DNA of 63,977 nucleotides, filler included, from Ionaspis alba (Eukaryota): the NCBI GenBank assembly GCA_964255285.1. It is 3 parts of 3 records of this genome, joined end to end, with 100 filler letters (N's around TTAATTAATTAA, not from the genome) between each part and the next. Parts side by side here need not be neighbours in the genome. Positions count along the whole stretch, not along the records: positions 23,556 to 46,947 come from CAXUUL010000185.1; positions 47,048 to 63,977 come from CAXUUL010000331.1; 1 more part is not named here. The stretch is one strand, 5' to 3'. Within the stretch, counting starts at the first letter, position 1. Each line of letters begins with the position of its first letter. The notes under the pieces are model-generated. The model searched no databases. It had not been told where the DNA came from and was given only the letters and a program-made list of their open reading frames with translations. Positions 39,605 to 51,564 of this stretch are shown here, piece after piece. The position numbers and the translations under genes are program-made.

Positions 39605-42600
39605 TCACCGCCGATCGAAAAACCAACTACTCCTCTTCCCCCTTGCCTCACTCGCCTCCTGCGCCTGTAACCCGCTCACAGTCGGAACACTTATCCCCGC
39701 CCCATTGATTCCCAGCCCATCAAACGCTCCACCACCTCTCAAAGGCTTCGCAATGCGTGACCCCGCCCCGCCAAAGCTGAAGCCCTGAGGGCCGTCGGTA
39801 TGAGAAGCCAGACCACGAGTAGATCCCGGTTTCGCAGCTTCGAGACGCTCCTTGACAGCGGCAAGCTGAGCTTCGAACCTATATCCCCGATCGATTAGCA
39901 TTTCGTCCGTATGCAGCCAAAACAGGAACCCAGGTCCACAAACCGATGATTCGCCGCTGTCAACTTCTCCTGACTATCTCCCAGCAGCGCCTCCAGGCTC
40001 AAAATCCGATCATTCCTCGCAATCAACTTCCTCTCCGCAATCGCAACCTCCTTCTTCAAACTCCCATTCTGCTCCACCAACTGCCGCTGCACATGCATGA
40101 GCTGCTCGAGATTTCGCTCCAACAACGCCATCTTCTTCTGCTGAGCGCGATTGTTAGACGTCCGCAGCACATTGTTGTACTGTTCCCTTGTCTCATCGAG
40201 GGAGATCTCTAGCTCGACAACCCGCTCACACCGGTTTTGCAGGTCCCGCATAAGAGATTTCTTCATAATGTCGAAGTCTGCAATTTGTTGCTGGACGGTT
40301 TTGGCAGCAGCAGGAGAAGTGGGGACGCCATTGGTAGTGGGGGATTTGGAGCGGCGTTCGAGGTCGGCGATGCTAGCTCGCAGGCGCTGGTTCTCGTCGG
40401 ATTTTTCGGCCATGTCTTTGCGGAGGTCGGAGACTAGGTCAAGTTGGGCTTCGCGGGTGGTGGTGTAGGCTTTTTCGAGGCGGGATTTCACTTCTGAGAT
40501 GTCGGCTTCGGAGAGGTTGCTTTCGAGTACTTCTTCGTATTCGCGTTGGACGGCTGCGAGTTGGTCTTCCAATTCTTCTCTTCGTCGGGTGTGGTCATCG
40601 CTGCCGTTGGCTTGATTGCTCATGCTGAGTTCGGCTTGTCGGACGATACCTTGTGTCTCTAGCAGTTGGCTTTTCAGAACTTTCAGGTCATCAGGGGCCA
40701 TCATTTCGCCCGCGGAGCTTGTCTCGTGCAGCGCATCAACTTGTTTGATACAACGGCGAATCTTCTGTTCGTTCTCTGAGAAGGTCTCTCCGCCCATGTC
40801 GAAACCTGCCATCATCTGTGCCATGCGTTCCGCTTTCTTCTTTTCCTTCTCATCAAGCACAGCACTATTCTCCTTGGCGCTCATTCTCGCGTCCAGGAGA
40901 TTCTGCTTGACTTCGTCCAATTCGACCGTCAGCTCGGAATTGGCCTCCTTAAGGGCATCCATTGTGATGTTGGCCTCCTTGCTCTCAAATGCAACTCTTT
41001 CAAGCTGCATTTTGAGCTCACTGACCTCGCTGCCCAGTTTCTCGTTGTCCCTACTTGACCGACCTGCAGCCTGTCTCAACGCGGAAAGTTCTTCCTTGAC
41101 TCCCTTTAGGTTTTCCTCTGCTGCGGTGACCTGCGTCTCTTTTTCGGCGAGTTGATCTTGCAACTCGTTCTCTCGTCTCAGGAATTCTTCTCGTTCATCC
41201 TTTTCCAGCATTACACTGGGCGTGCTTGATCGATCTCCCATCCTCGACTCCGATCGGCTGGGTGTTTCAGATCGTCCCATCTCTGCCTGCAGATATGATG
41301 GTGTCCCTGTTCTTGACATCCTTGATTCTGCTTTCATGAAAGGTACCCCATCAGCTGTTAAGGGAGGTGCCCATCTCTCTCGAGGTACAGGTTCTCCACT
41401 TCGCCATGACTGAACCTCTCCCTCCAGACTTGAGACATAATCCTGATACGTCGTTACCTGAGCTTGTGCTTTCTTCAGCAGCTGCTTCAATTCTGTTGGA
41501 CTCAACTCGGCGTTGATCTTCGCTTTGTTCTTGATAGCCTTGGCGCGAACACCAAATCGAAGAGTTCCCAAAGTCTCCTCTCCATTGTAGCTGCTCGGCG
41601 AGCAATTGATGATGAGCGTGGTCCTCGAATTGCCTCCTAAGGATTCTTGTAATATTCTTGTAAGCTTCGAATCTCGATATGGTATATGAGTCGATTTCCC
41701 ATCCGTCAAGGAATTGATGACCATCCCAAGTGCACTCAAACTCTTATTAATCTTCTTGGCTTCCTCGAGAGTCTGTCCACTCGCGCCAGTTTTCCCGACC
41801 TTCTCACTACCTGCCAGATCCACCAAGAAAAGTTGTCCACTTTTCGCCGAGCCAGTCTCAACATTCTTTTGGGTTATCGTGATGACGAATATCGAATGTG
41901 ACCGTGACGACTCCTGATTCATGTTTGTAGCAGCCGTAGCTCTAGCTGTACCTCCTCTTCTCATGACCTCGTAGACCTCTAGCACACTCGAGACATATAT
42001 TTCTAGTAGGCCCTTGACGTAGACGCCTCTGCTCTTCTCTTCATGGACTGGCAGATTGTCATTCGACGGTTGTAGCAGGTCTCTTATCCTCTCCATGTAT
42101 ATCTCCATATAACTGACCCTGACCGTATATTCGATATTTCCTGGGCTTACCAAAATGCTCGCAAATATTTGTTCCACAATACGCGGTATTATACCCTTGG
42201 ACTCTTCATCGTCTATGTCCGATCCCATCATAGTGTATGACTTCCCCGCGCCAGTCTGTCCATATGCAAACACCGTTCCGTTGTAACCGTTTAGAATATC
42301 GTCTACCGTAGAGCGAATGGAGAAGTTGAAGACATCGGATTGTTGAGACGTGGTGTCGAAGACTCTATCGAAAGTGAAGGCGCCTGCTGCATCTTTGGTC
42401 TTTTAGAAGTCAGCATGTCTTGTTCATCTGCGTGAGTACAGGAGTCGAAGTCTAGAGAGCGAGTGTCCCAGAAAGGAGCGAGCGTACCGTCACATTGCAT
42501 GTATCTTCTGTCTCGAAATCCACTATCGACTCTCCACCACTCGCAATCTCTGCTTTGTTGGGTGGCCTGAACCGCGCAACCACTATGTATTCACCATAAG

Positions 42601-42734
42601 CATATCCTTGGGTTACCTTCTCTTGAAGAAGACCGACCTTTGATTGTATTGTAGCTGCCTGTGGTAGTAACACTCCTGTAGAGAACACCTTCATCAGCAA
42701 GGTCCTGAAAACGGTTGAGGACTACTCACGCCAT
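39605..42734 (-). CDS. kinA: Conventional kinesin heavy chain (kinesin-1, Nkin/KinA); four introns, first coding exon 5 nt
   Basis: NTIKVVARFRP, FAYGQTGAGKSYTM, NQESSRSH, LVDLAGSEKV, HIPYRDSKLTRILQESLGGNSRT; tail KSLMRDLQNRCERVVELE and IAKPLRGG. Confidence 0.97.
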
Positions 42735-42792
42735 AATGAAGCTTCTCAGAGACTACGGTGATATGGATTCGGCGATAAAGGTTGATGCGAGA

Positions 42793-43002
42793 GCAAAAAC
42801 AAGAGATCTGTGTGGTTGAGGAAGGTGATTATTGCTGAATTGTTGCANNNNNNNNNNNNNNNNNNNNNNNNNNNNNNNNNNNNNNNNNNNNNNNNNNNNN
42901 NNNNNNNNNNNNNNNNNNNNNNNNNNNNNNNNNNNNNNNNNNNNNNNGCAAAAACAAGAGATCTGTGTGGTTGAGGAAGGTGATTATTGCTGAATTGTTG
43001 CA
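42793..43002. other. Assembly gap (100 N) with 55-nt duplicated flanks
   Basis: 42793-42847 identical to 42948-43002. Confidence 0.9.
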
Positions 43003-43837
43003 ATGTTGACAGCCAGGAGTCGAGGGCGCCAGGTGCGGTTGCACGACAAGTCGCCACCACCGACAGCTGGTCGTCTACTGTCTTACATACAAATGGAATG
43101 GAGGAGATAGAAGTGTATTCAGATCATGCTTGCATGCTCCAAAATGTTGCTTGGCTACAGATTGGCAAGTCGCTCCCAAAAGGGCTTGTTGACTTTCCCG
43201 ATACGACGAGCTAGTCAAGATACTCGCCAAGCCGAAGAACGCGCCGCACCACCACCCCACGGTGGCGGCGGAAGCTTGCAGACACTGAGCATGCCGCTGA
43301 TGCACGATTAACAGGATTTTCTGGGTATCGGTAGCTACACGTGTAGGAGCTCGCAGAATAGATATGCTGGGCAAGAATTGATGAGATGTCGTGATTGGCA
43401 GGGCTATATACACCCTTCCTTCCATAAGAGCGCCATTCAGCGTCCAGCCTGCCTCTCAGTCTCTCTGCGGTCCGCCCCCAAAGGATTCCAACCCCTCTCC
43501 CTGAAGGTGGACTCCACATGCTCCCCAGATTATTCCCTGCCGTGATATGTAGAAGCAAAAGACTCGTGCCTTGCATGGGGATTATCGATCTTGCATTCTG
43601 TGCCAACCAATGCATTGCGCCAGAACCCCACGCTACGCAGTAAGGAGAAATTCATGAGATCATGTTCAAGGAAAGACGACAAATTGTATCTTTAGAGTTC
43701 CCTCCATTTACACCGTTCGCTGCAGGAAGTTGTGGAGTATCACACCTGCGGTGCCATCACTAAGTTTCCAGGCTGCATGATAAGGATCAGCTGGACCAGC
43801 GACAGAACTCCAACGGTGAGACTTACATCGGTATGGA

Positions 43838-44581
43838 CTAATCATCCCAGCTCTTCTCCACCGTTTCCCGAACCCGTTTGGTGTATTCTCTTCGGTTATC
43901 TTTGTACAAATTGGAGGCTTCCACGTTGGCAGGCGAGGAGGTGTTTGGGTCGTTGAGCAAGCTGCAAGAGGGGAAGTCAGTTCTGTGAGTGGCCACTTGG
44001 ATGGCAGCCGATCAGCCTTGTCAGGCTTGGATGAAGGTCTTACCTCTGGATACTGGTCAAAATGGCAGCAACGTCGTAGGTTGGACTCCATCGGTTCTGC
44101 AGGATGTCTAGACATAGCTCGCCTGTGCCGTACACGTTTGGGTGGAACATGGTGCTGATGAACTTTACGCCAGGAGGTTTGTTGGGATACTGTTCTTCGA
44201 AATGCATGACCAGTCGGAAGGTACCATCTTCAAACGGTGTATCTGCAGGACCAATAATGACTGCATTCCTTTGGGGTCATGCTGTGAGTGGTATGCTTGT
44301 CAGAGACGGGCGAGCTGGAAGAAAAATCTTACCATGTCATGACATTATCTGCTATTGGAGATGCTGACACGCCTGCTGGAGGATCGGTTTGCATGCGCTA
44401 TGAGTGAGGATATCAGTAGTAGAAGGGAAAGACAGGATGAACCCTGGAAGAGAGGAGTAATGAATAGTAGGCACGTCTTCCACACGCTGCTGAGTGCGAG
44501 CGGACTGAAATAATGTTGACCTCGTGGCCTTTAACATACCTTGAAGTCACGCATCAGGCGGCGACGGGCTGATGTGGACAT
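43838..44581 (-). CDS. RAD6: Ubiquitin-conjugating enzyme E2 Rad6/Ubc2; three coding introns
   Basis: [14 protein letters not shown] / [14 protein letters not shown] / [19 protein letters not shown]...[27 protein letters not shown] / [12 protein letters not shown]...VEKSWDD*. Confidence 0.97.
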
Positions 44582-45338
44582 TTCTCCTGTTTCCTTCCCT
44601 ATGCGCAGTTCTATGTGGCGATGATGGATAGAGTGGTGTGACGATATGAGGGCTTAGATGAGAAAAGATATTGGGGGGGAGGGAAAAATAATGTGCTGGG
44701 GAAAGTTGTGGTAGGCAGAGATGGGGGAGTCCGATCTCGAGGGCGTCTGAGGGGCAATTTTGAGAGTGCAGCAATCAAATCAATCAGATGAACCGTAGAA
44801 TTATGCACGTTCGTTAGGTTTGCATATAGGCACATAAGGGTCGTTCGTCGAAATCGGCAATCGAAGCTGCCTCTTTAGGCGGACAGGGGCGAGATCGATC
44901 GGGTCAGCACCGAGGATGGAGTAGGGGCCCGGCAGGTAGCATCGTACCATCAGTTCCTCGTCCACCACAATTCCTCTCGTTCCAACCTCCTATTCTTCAC
45001 GGAACCCGTTTTCCTTCCGCAACTTTATTTAGCAGCCGCCCACTGCTGGAAGGAATGGCAGGGGAGCCAATCGCAGCTTTTCAGATGGCAGCTGTCACTT
45101 GTCAACTGTGCATCCAGTTGCCGCTTAGCCCCGGCACTTGAGCCCCCACATCGCCCCCTATTCCGACATTCCCATCCTGGATCCCCCCCAAAAGACTCCC
45201 ACTACTCACCGCTATGACCCCCACCAACCCTCCTCCTTAGATCCGACAATCTATTTTCCTTATTGCTCCTGCACTGCCTCTTCCTTGCGTCATTCTGCAA
45301 CGCCAATGTCGGGCATTATCAAGTCTTGTTTGCATAAC

Positions 45339-46782
45339 ATGCCGCCTTCTAGTCCTACTTCCCGGTCGGTGCTACGTCTGGCTCAAGTTCGGCGGCATAT
45401 CTCCTCGTCGAGTCCTGCCGGTCGTGAGATTCGAGAGGCTTATATACTCAGCGCCGCTCGGACCCCGACGGGAAAGGTATGGCAATGCTCCATCCTGGCT
45501 TCAATATTGATCAAGCCGCCTATCGAAACAGACTGACTTATCCTTGGTTTTAGTTCAATGGTGCTTTCCTCGCAGTGCCGGCCCCTACACTGGCGGCGAC
45601 AGCCATCAAATCTGCCCTCTCCAAATCCACAGTACCAGCCTCCCTCATAACCGCGACCTACTTGGGCAATGTCCTCCAAGCTTCTGTGGGCCAATCCCCT
45701 GCACGACAAGCCTCGATCCTTGCCGGTCTACCACAAACCACAGATGCTATCACAATCAACAAAGTATGTGCCTCTGGCCTCAAAGCCGTGGTATTCGGAG
45801 CTCAGACCATCCAACTTGGCCTCGACGAGGCAGTGGTCGCAGGAGGAATGGAAAGCATGAGTCGTGTGCCATACTATCTACCAAGAGGGAGCGGCATGCC
45901 TCCGTTTGGGGAAATCAAGGCAGAAGACGGCTTGATCAAGGATGGATTATGGGATGTCTACAACCAATTCCACATGGGCGTGTGTGCAGAAGAAACCGCC
46001 AAGAAGCATAATATAAGTCGACAAGACCAAGACGCCTACGCCATCCAATCCTTCAAACGCGCTCAAAAAGCATGGGCAGAGGGCAAATTCTCCGATGAGA
46101 TTGCTCCGGTCACAATCAAGGGCAAGAAAGGAGACACGGTCGTCTCGGAAGACGAGGGATATACCAATCTCCGCGAGGACAAAGTGCCCACTCTCAAGCC
46201 GGCTTTTGTGAAGGACGGAGGAACGGTCACCGCTGCCAATTCCTCCACCTTCAACGATGGCGCATCAGCACTCGTACTGGGTAGCAAAGAGATTGCCCGG
46301 CAATACGGGAAGGCCAGTAGAGTCCTTGCGCGGATAGTCAGCTCCGCAGATGCAGCTGTCGATCCCGTCGACTTCCCGGTTGCACCTGCCAAGGCTGTGC
46401 CCATAGCTTTGGAGAGAGCGGGGATCACGAAAGAGGATGTGGCTGTGTGGGAGTTCAACGAGGCCTTCGCGGCTGTCATCAAGGCAAATGAGAAGGTGAG
46501 TTATATGCTGGATACATAGATGATTACTCTTATTACTCCAGCCGTCCATATCTTCGAAGTTTCTAATCTGGTCTTATCGCACAGATTCTCGGCCTCGAAT
46601 CCGCAAATGTCAACCCCCTTGGTGGCGCCATCTCCCTCGGCCACGCTCTTGGTAGCTCTGGTTCTCGCATCCTTACCACTCTTCTCCATCAATTGAAACC
46701 CGGAGAGTATGGCGTAGCCGCGATCTGCAATGGTGGTGGAGCTGCGACGGCGATGGTAGTGCAACGAGTGGAGGGTGTATAG
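45339..46782 (+). CDS. ERG10: Acetyl-CoA C-acetyltransferase (thiolase II) with N-terminal targeting peptide; two introns; alternative in-frame ATG at 45306
   Basis: [81 protein letters not shown]. Confidence 0.93.
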
Positions 46783-46947
46783 TGAAGTTATTGTATCCCG
46801 TGCATGCAATGACAGTATGGATTTTACCGTTTGTGGATACAATAAAATTGTAACAAAGCTCTGAGATAGGCTGAAAGGAAAAGGGATATCCGAAAAGTGA
46901 GCATTTAGGTAGCGGCACGACTTGATACCGGCGTTTAGTGCTCGTAT

Positions 46948-47047
46948 NNNNNNNNNNNNNNNNNNNNNNNNNNNNNNNNNNNNNNNNNNNNTTAATTAAT
47001 TAANNNNNNNNNNNNNNNNNNNNNNNNNNNNNNNNNNNNNNNNNNNN
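46948..47047. other. Artificial scaffold-joining linker (N44-TTAATTAATTAA-N44)
   Basis: Six-frame stop spacer at 46992-47003 centred in Ns. Confidence 0.95.
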
Positions 47048-48365
47048 ATTTGGATTTCCATTATTTCCATTGATCATTGACAAATAAAGCTCTCTATTTT
47101 GTTTGAAGTGGATAGAATATGCAGGCACGCTCCCCCATGAATAACTATATAAGGGCCAATGGAACGCGATATATATACGAAATAAGGGGACGGGGGAAAC
47201 CCCGTAATGGTCGTAAAAAGTTAGATGTACGGGGTCCTGAACATGAGTGCTCGCTTGACGAGTAGCTCTTCTCGCTGTCGAGGAAATGGTCCCTTAGTAT
47301 TCTGTATTTTGCGATAGCCAAATTTTCCATCGTAATGTATTTCATTGTACATCACCAGTGGAGTCCTCCAAATCAAGCTAGTCCTGTTGACTGCTTGGTA
47401 ACATCTTTCTTCATATTCAGAGGATAAAGAAACGGGACGGATGTCAGTATAACGAATTCCAACCCCTACTGAATCTAGATCGCCCGGGACTCGCAATTAT
47501 CCTTACGCAACATGTGGGAGCTACAACCTCACCTCCCCTATCTGCAGAACTTTCTTATCGGGCCTTCCGACCAGCTTGATTCTAACCGGTGCGCATACCT
47601 GCATTCCACGGCATTAGAATTCGAGAGAGAGCATGCCAGCAACAGGGAGATGAGAGGTCAGGAATGAAGAGAAAGGATAGTGCATGCTGCAATGAAGAGG
47701 AGGAACATGGGACTTCTGGTATGGGAATCCGGGTACCTTCCCGTATTGTTAACCTTATGTGCGACCTTAATCGCTTTCCATGGGCCGGATGGCGGATGCA
47801 CTGGCTTCCATCCTTCGGATCTACCCAATCAAGTGCCAACTCCTTGCAGTAGATTGCTTTGTGGTGCACGGCAGGAGGGGATGTTCAAGAGTGGGAATAG
47901 ATGATCATCCCGCTCTGGGGGCACCCACCTAGTAAGTTGGGGTGTTGCCCGGCAATTGCTGTGCCTCCATGAACTGCTGATGTACCTTGATCTAATGCGG
48001 TTTACAGCCTACCGCCATGCACGTTTGCTGAGCCTCCAGGACTAAGCCGAGCTCACCTGCAGAAACACTTGCATGCCGGCAACTATGATTGGCTATCAAA
48101 CCTTCTGGAAACGAGACAAAAAGTATGGACGGTGCTCCCCCGTACGCAAAGATCAAGCCATTTCGATAAATAGACGGGGCGATGTGCTTTGATCTCAAGC
48201 CCCACCGGTGATACAAACACTAAAGGGGGGTAAGCTTGCTACCAGAGAAAAAGGTATAGTAGATTTCAAGTAGGGCGTTTGATGTTCATGTTTCCCATGC
48301 TTCTCCTTTCATGCTATCTCATGATTTCTCGCGAATTGTTGAATATCGAGAATTGAGTAAAAAGC

Positions 48366-50275
48366 ATGGATAGTTCAGATACCCGCAGTTTCAAGTCTGA
48401 CGTGAGTTGCCAGTTCCGAATGCGAGATATATTGGTTAGCTGATAGGTTCTGTTGAAGCATCGTGGGAGCAATGCTCCCGAAGTCTATTACTCGACGGGC
48501 TTAGAGCTCGCCCATGAACCACAGGATTCTCCATCAGACGCTAAGAACGGCTACGGCCCAAATTCAGCCCATGGCAAACTCAAGGACCACTATCCCGATG
48601 AGAAGGCGCAGTACAACAGCGACAAAGAGCCGTACGCCTTGGGAGAAACGGATTACAGCAACGAGAAGGAACCATATGTAGACCAGAAAGAACCGAATGG
48701 GGATAGCGCTGGATTCCCGAAGGATGAGGTCACCGAAAAGGAGATTGCTCAGGACAAGAAATCTCATAAGAGATCGAGACGGCGACTGATCATCGCCGTC
48801 GTTCTGATTGCCATTGTTGTCATAGTGGCAGCAGTCATCGGAGGCGTTCTTGGCTCACGATCGAAGTTCGTCCCTGTACAATCCGTAAGACCAGGGACTC
48901 AGTACTAAACGTATTCTGTAGAGCCCAATCATCCGAGTCTTCGTCATCAAACCAGACTATCTCTTCTCCTGCTTCTCCAGAGAATTCTCCGACATCTCAT
49001 GGGTCTCTGTTCGTGAACACAACCGTGGCGGCTACGACCTGCCCTAATGGAGATCGCTGGCTATTCGTTCAAAATGCCAATGGCAAGCTCGAAGCATTCG
49101 AGTATCCATCGTCTGCTACTAAATCGAATGCGGTGCTGGCAATCCATCATGAATTTTCAAATGCGGCAATGAGGACCCCCATGAGCGCTTCTTGTGTCAA
49201 TATCTCTGATCCTATAAATAACAAAGGAGACTTGCAATCCGGTCAATACGTATGTGATTTCCGACTCGGCTGATGTTGGGACGAAGCTGAATTAGCCTGA
49301 TCAGCTCCTGACTGACATCCTTTATCCTAGGCTTCTCTCGTCTACCTCGACGTCGATAACAATCTGCAGCAAGGCATTTTGAACGGAGGCAAATGGCAAG
49401 CCGCCTTCGTGCTGCCCCCTTCGCTATCCCCAATCGCTAACACCAAGCTTTCCGTCTCCACGAACGTGCTGCCATTGCTGAATGTTTCTTCTAAGGTGGA
49501 TTCTAGCAACAGCTCTAATGTTGTCGCCGATCTGGTTGGTCCAGCCCTCTCATCTGTTCTGGTGTACCAATCTACGAATTGGTCCCTGGTGATGATTGAT
49601 ATCACACCCTGCACGTATACAACTGCCAAGACCACCCTCAACCCAAACATCTTCACAAGATTTGTGTCACCGAAAGGAGAGGCAGTCTTTACCAACGAGT
49701 ATAGAGGTGTTGGCTTCGCCGCCTCCTACAATGTCTTGAATCCACTCCTTACCAACGAATCTCAGCTCTATGCTAGATTGACCATAGGGGACTCTAGACG
49801 AGGCTCCGATGTTGACTTGGTGGACTACAACTACCACTATAACCAAGAAACACTGGTCAATGGAAACCTTTCTATTCGTCCTGATCCAGTGGCTCGTAAG
49901 TACGCTTCTGCCTATGTGACACCCAATTAGTAACGAGATTTAGCCGTCTTCGTCGATACCAAGTACGGCAGCGAGGTATCGCACATCCAGCTCGCACAAA
50001 ACAACCAGGCTCTCGTGTATCTTCACACGAACAACACCGTCTCAGTTGTCTTCAGTAAGCCTTCTGCATTTACGAAGAATGATCCTAAAGAGCAACCGTA
50101 TCAGACTGCCTCGAATGACATTCTTCCAAGTGACCACTTCGCCGCTGCTGCATGCACGGCGGAATTGACAGAAGTTTGTGTCTACTTCCGGTTCAACGAC
50201 ACCCATCTTGGACAAGTGTCGTATGACACCATAACTTGGAGGTGGACCCCAATGGCTTATATCCAAGTGTATTGA
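48366..50275 (+). CDS. Type II membrane protein with putative fucose-lectin-like beta-propeller ectodomain; four introns
   Basis: MDSSDTRSFKSD / HRGSNAPEV...; RRR followed by TM LIIAVVLIAIVVIVAAVIGGVLG; NTTVAAT..NGDRWLFVQNANGKL and later blades ending VYF..HLGQVSYD...W; domain call from motif resemblance. Confidence 0.65.
48591..48695 (+). repeat. Five degenerate 21-nt coding repeats (Tyr every 7 residues)
   Basis: YPDEKAQ YNSDKEP YALGETD YSNEKEP YVDQKEP. Confidence 0.7.
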
Positions 50276-50452
50276 TGGACAAAAGTTGGTCTGGAATNNN
50301 NNNNNNNNNNNNNNNNNNNNNNNNNNNNNNNNNNNNNNNNNNNNNNNNNNNNNNNNNNNNNNNNNNNNNNNNNNNNNNNNNNNNNNNNNNNNNNNNNTGG
50401 ACCCCAATGGCTTATATCCAAGTGTATTGATGGACAAAAGTTGGTCTGGAAT
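50243..50452. other. Assembly gap (100 N) with 55-nt duplicated flanks
   Basis: 50243-50297 identical to 50398-50452. Confidence 0.9.
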
Positions 50453-51564
50453 GGGAGGCCACTGGGGGAAAGACCTATGGAAGTGCTGGGCGCAAGCGTA
50501 TTCGACTCGGTCGTCTCTAGATTTGGGAAGAAGTGTCAGAGAACTGGTGATATTATGATTCATTCTAGCAGCGGGCGAGATGAGCATCGAGCTCCGGCAA
50601 TATCGACAGCGCAGCTCACCTTCTTTAGCCGCGGCAATGACCTGTCATGCTTCATCGACATACTAATGCAACAGGTTCTTGGAACAGCAACCGCCACGTT
50701 TGGTTCAACTTTGAGAATCTCCCAACACATCTAAGGTCGTCAGGGACGATCTGCAATCTGGCATGTGTCACGACAACGATAGAAGAGCTATTACAGCTAC
50801 TTGTCGGCACGATTAACCAGTAAGCCGGGCGAGCAACCCTTCCCAATTTGGGATAATGTTACCAGATTCACGAGCCCCTCCTGGCCGAGAGACGGGAGTC
50901 GTCATGCCGATACAGCGGCAGCTCACTGAATAATCACAATGGCGATATTTGTGTATGATATGTTATGGAAGAGCTCTCCCTGGGGTCGTTGGTTTAGCAT
51001 ACTAGACGAAATAATGGCAATGGGTCGACGGATTTGTATGAGTATGTAGCATAAGTCATTGAAAGCCTTTAAAAGCCTTTAAAATGTTCCAAGTCCTTTG
51101 TCTACGCTTGACAACCTTCGCGCATTACCATCCTATCCTAATCCTCGCTATGTCGCGAGCAATTTTCACCAAAAAATAAATAAATAAATTAAGAGGATAT
51201 TGCCCGGGCGATGTTGGCAATAATAGTTTTTCAATGTGCATAATTTTTACCGACGATGCAATGCCGGTCGTACGTGGTTGATAATAAATTCAAAAACATA
51301 GACATCTTCGGAGGTCTCCAATGTCTTAGTCGCATATCCCTAGCAAGGGCGAAGGTCTCAAATTAGCCTTACGAACTGCATCTCATTTAAAGACAACGAG
51401 GAACTCTTCCTACACTGTATGACAGATGGTATCTAAGACAGTTCCGGATGCCGCTAGCAAAACCAACCGTCCCATTGCCCATCGACAAGTGCAAATATCT
51501 ACTCCCCAAGCACAACCCAATCCATTCGAGAACTCCGTCCACCTCAAACCCTTATCCACTGCTT

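Noticed and set aside
42793..43002. 55-nt direct repeats around N gaps (also 50243-50452 and 57935-58144) as LTRs, TSDs or CRISPR-like repeats
   Set aside because: All are exactly 55 nt, abut 100-N gaps and are unrelated to each other; assembler overlap artefact
24032..46782. REV3, CDC45, RAD6 and bleomycin hydrolase as a DNA-damage gene cluster
   Set aside because: REV3 is on a different scaffold and the others are interspersed with unrelated housekeeping genes
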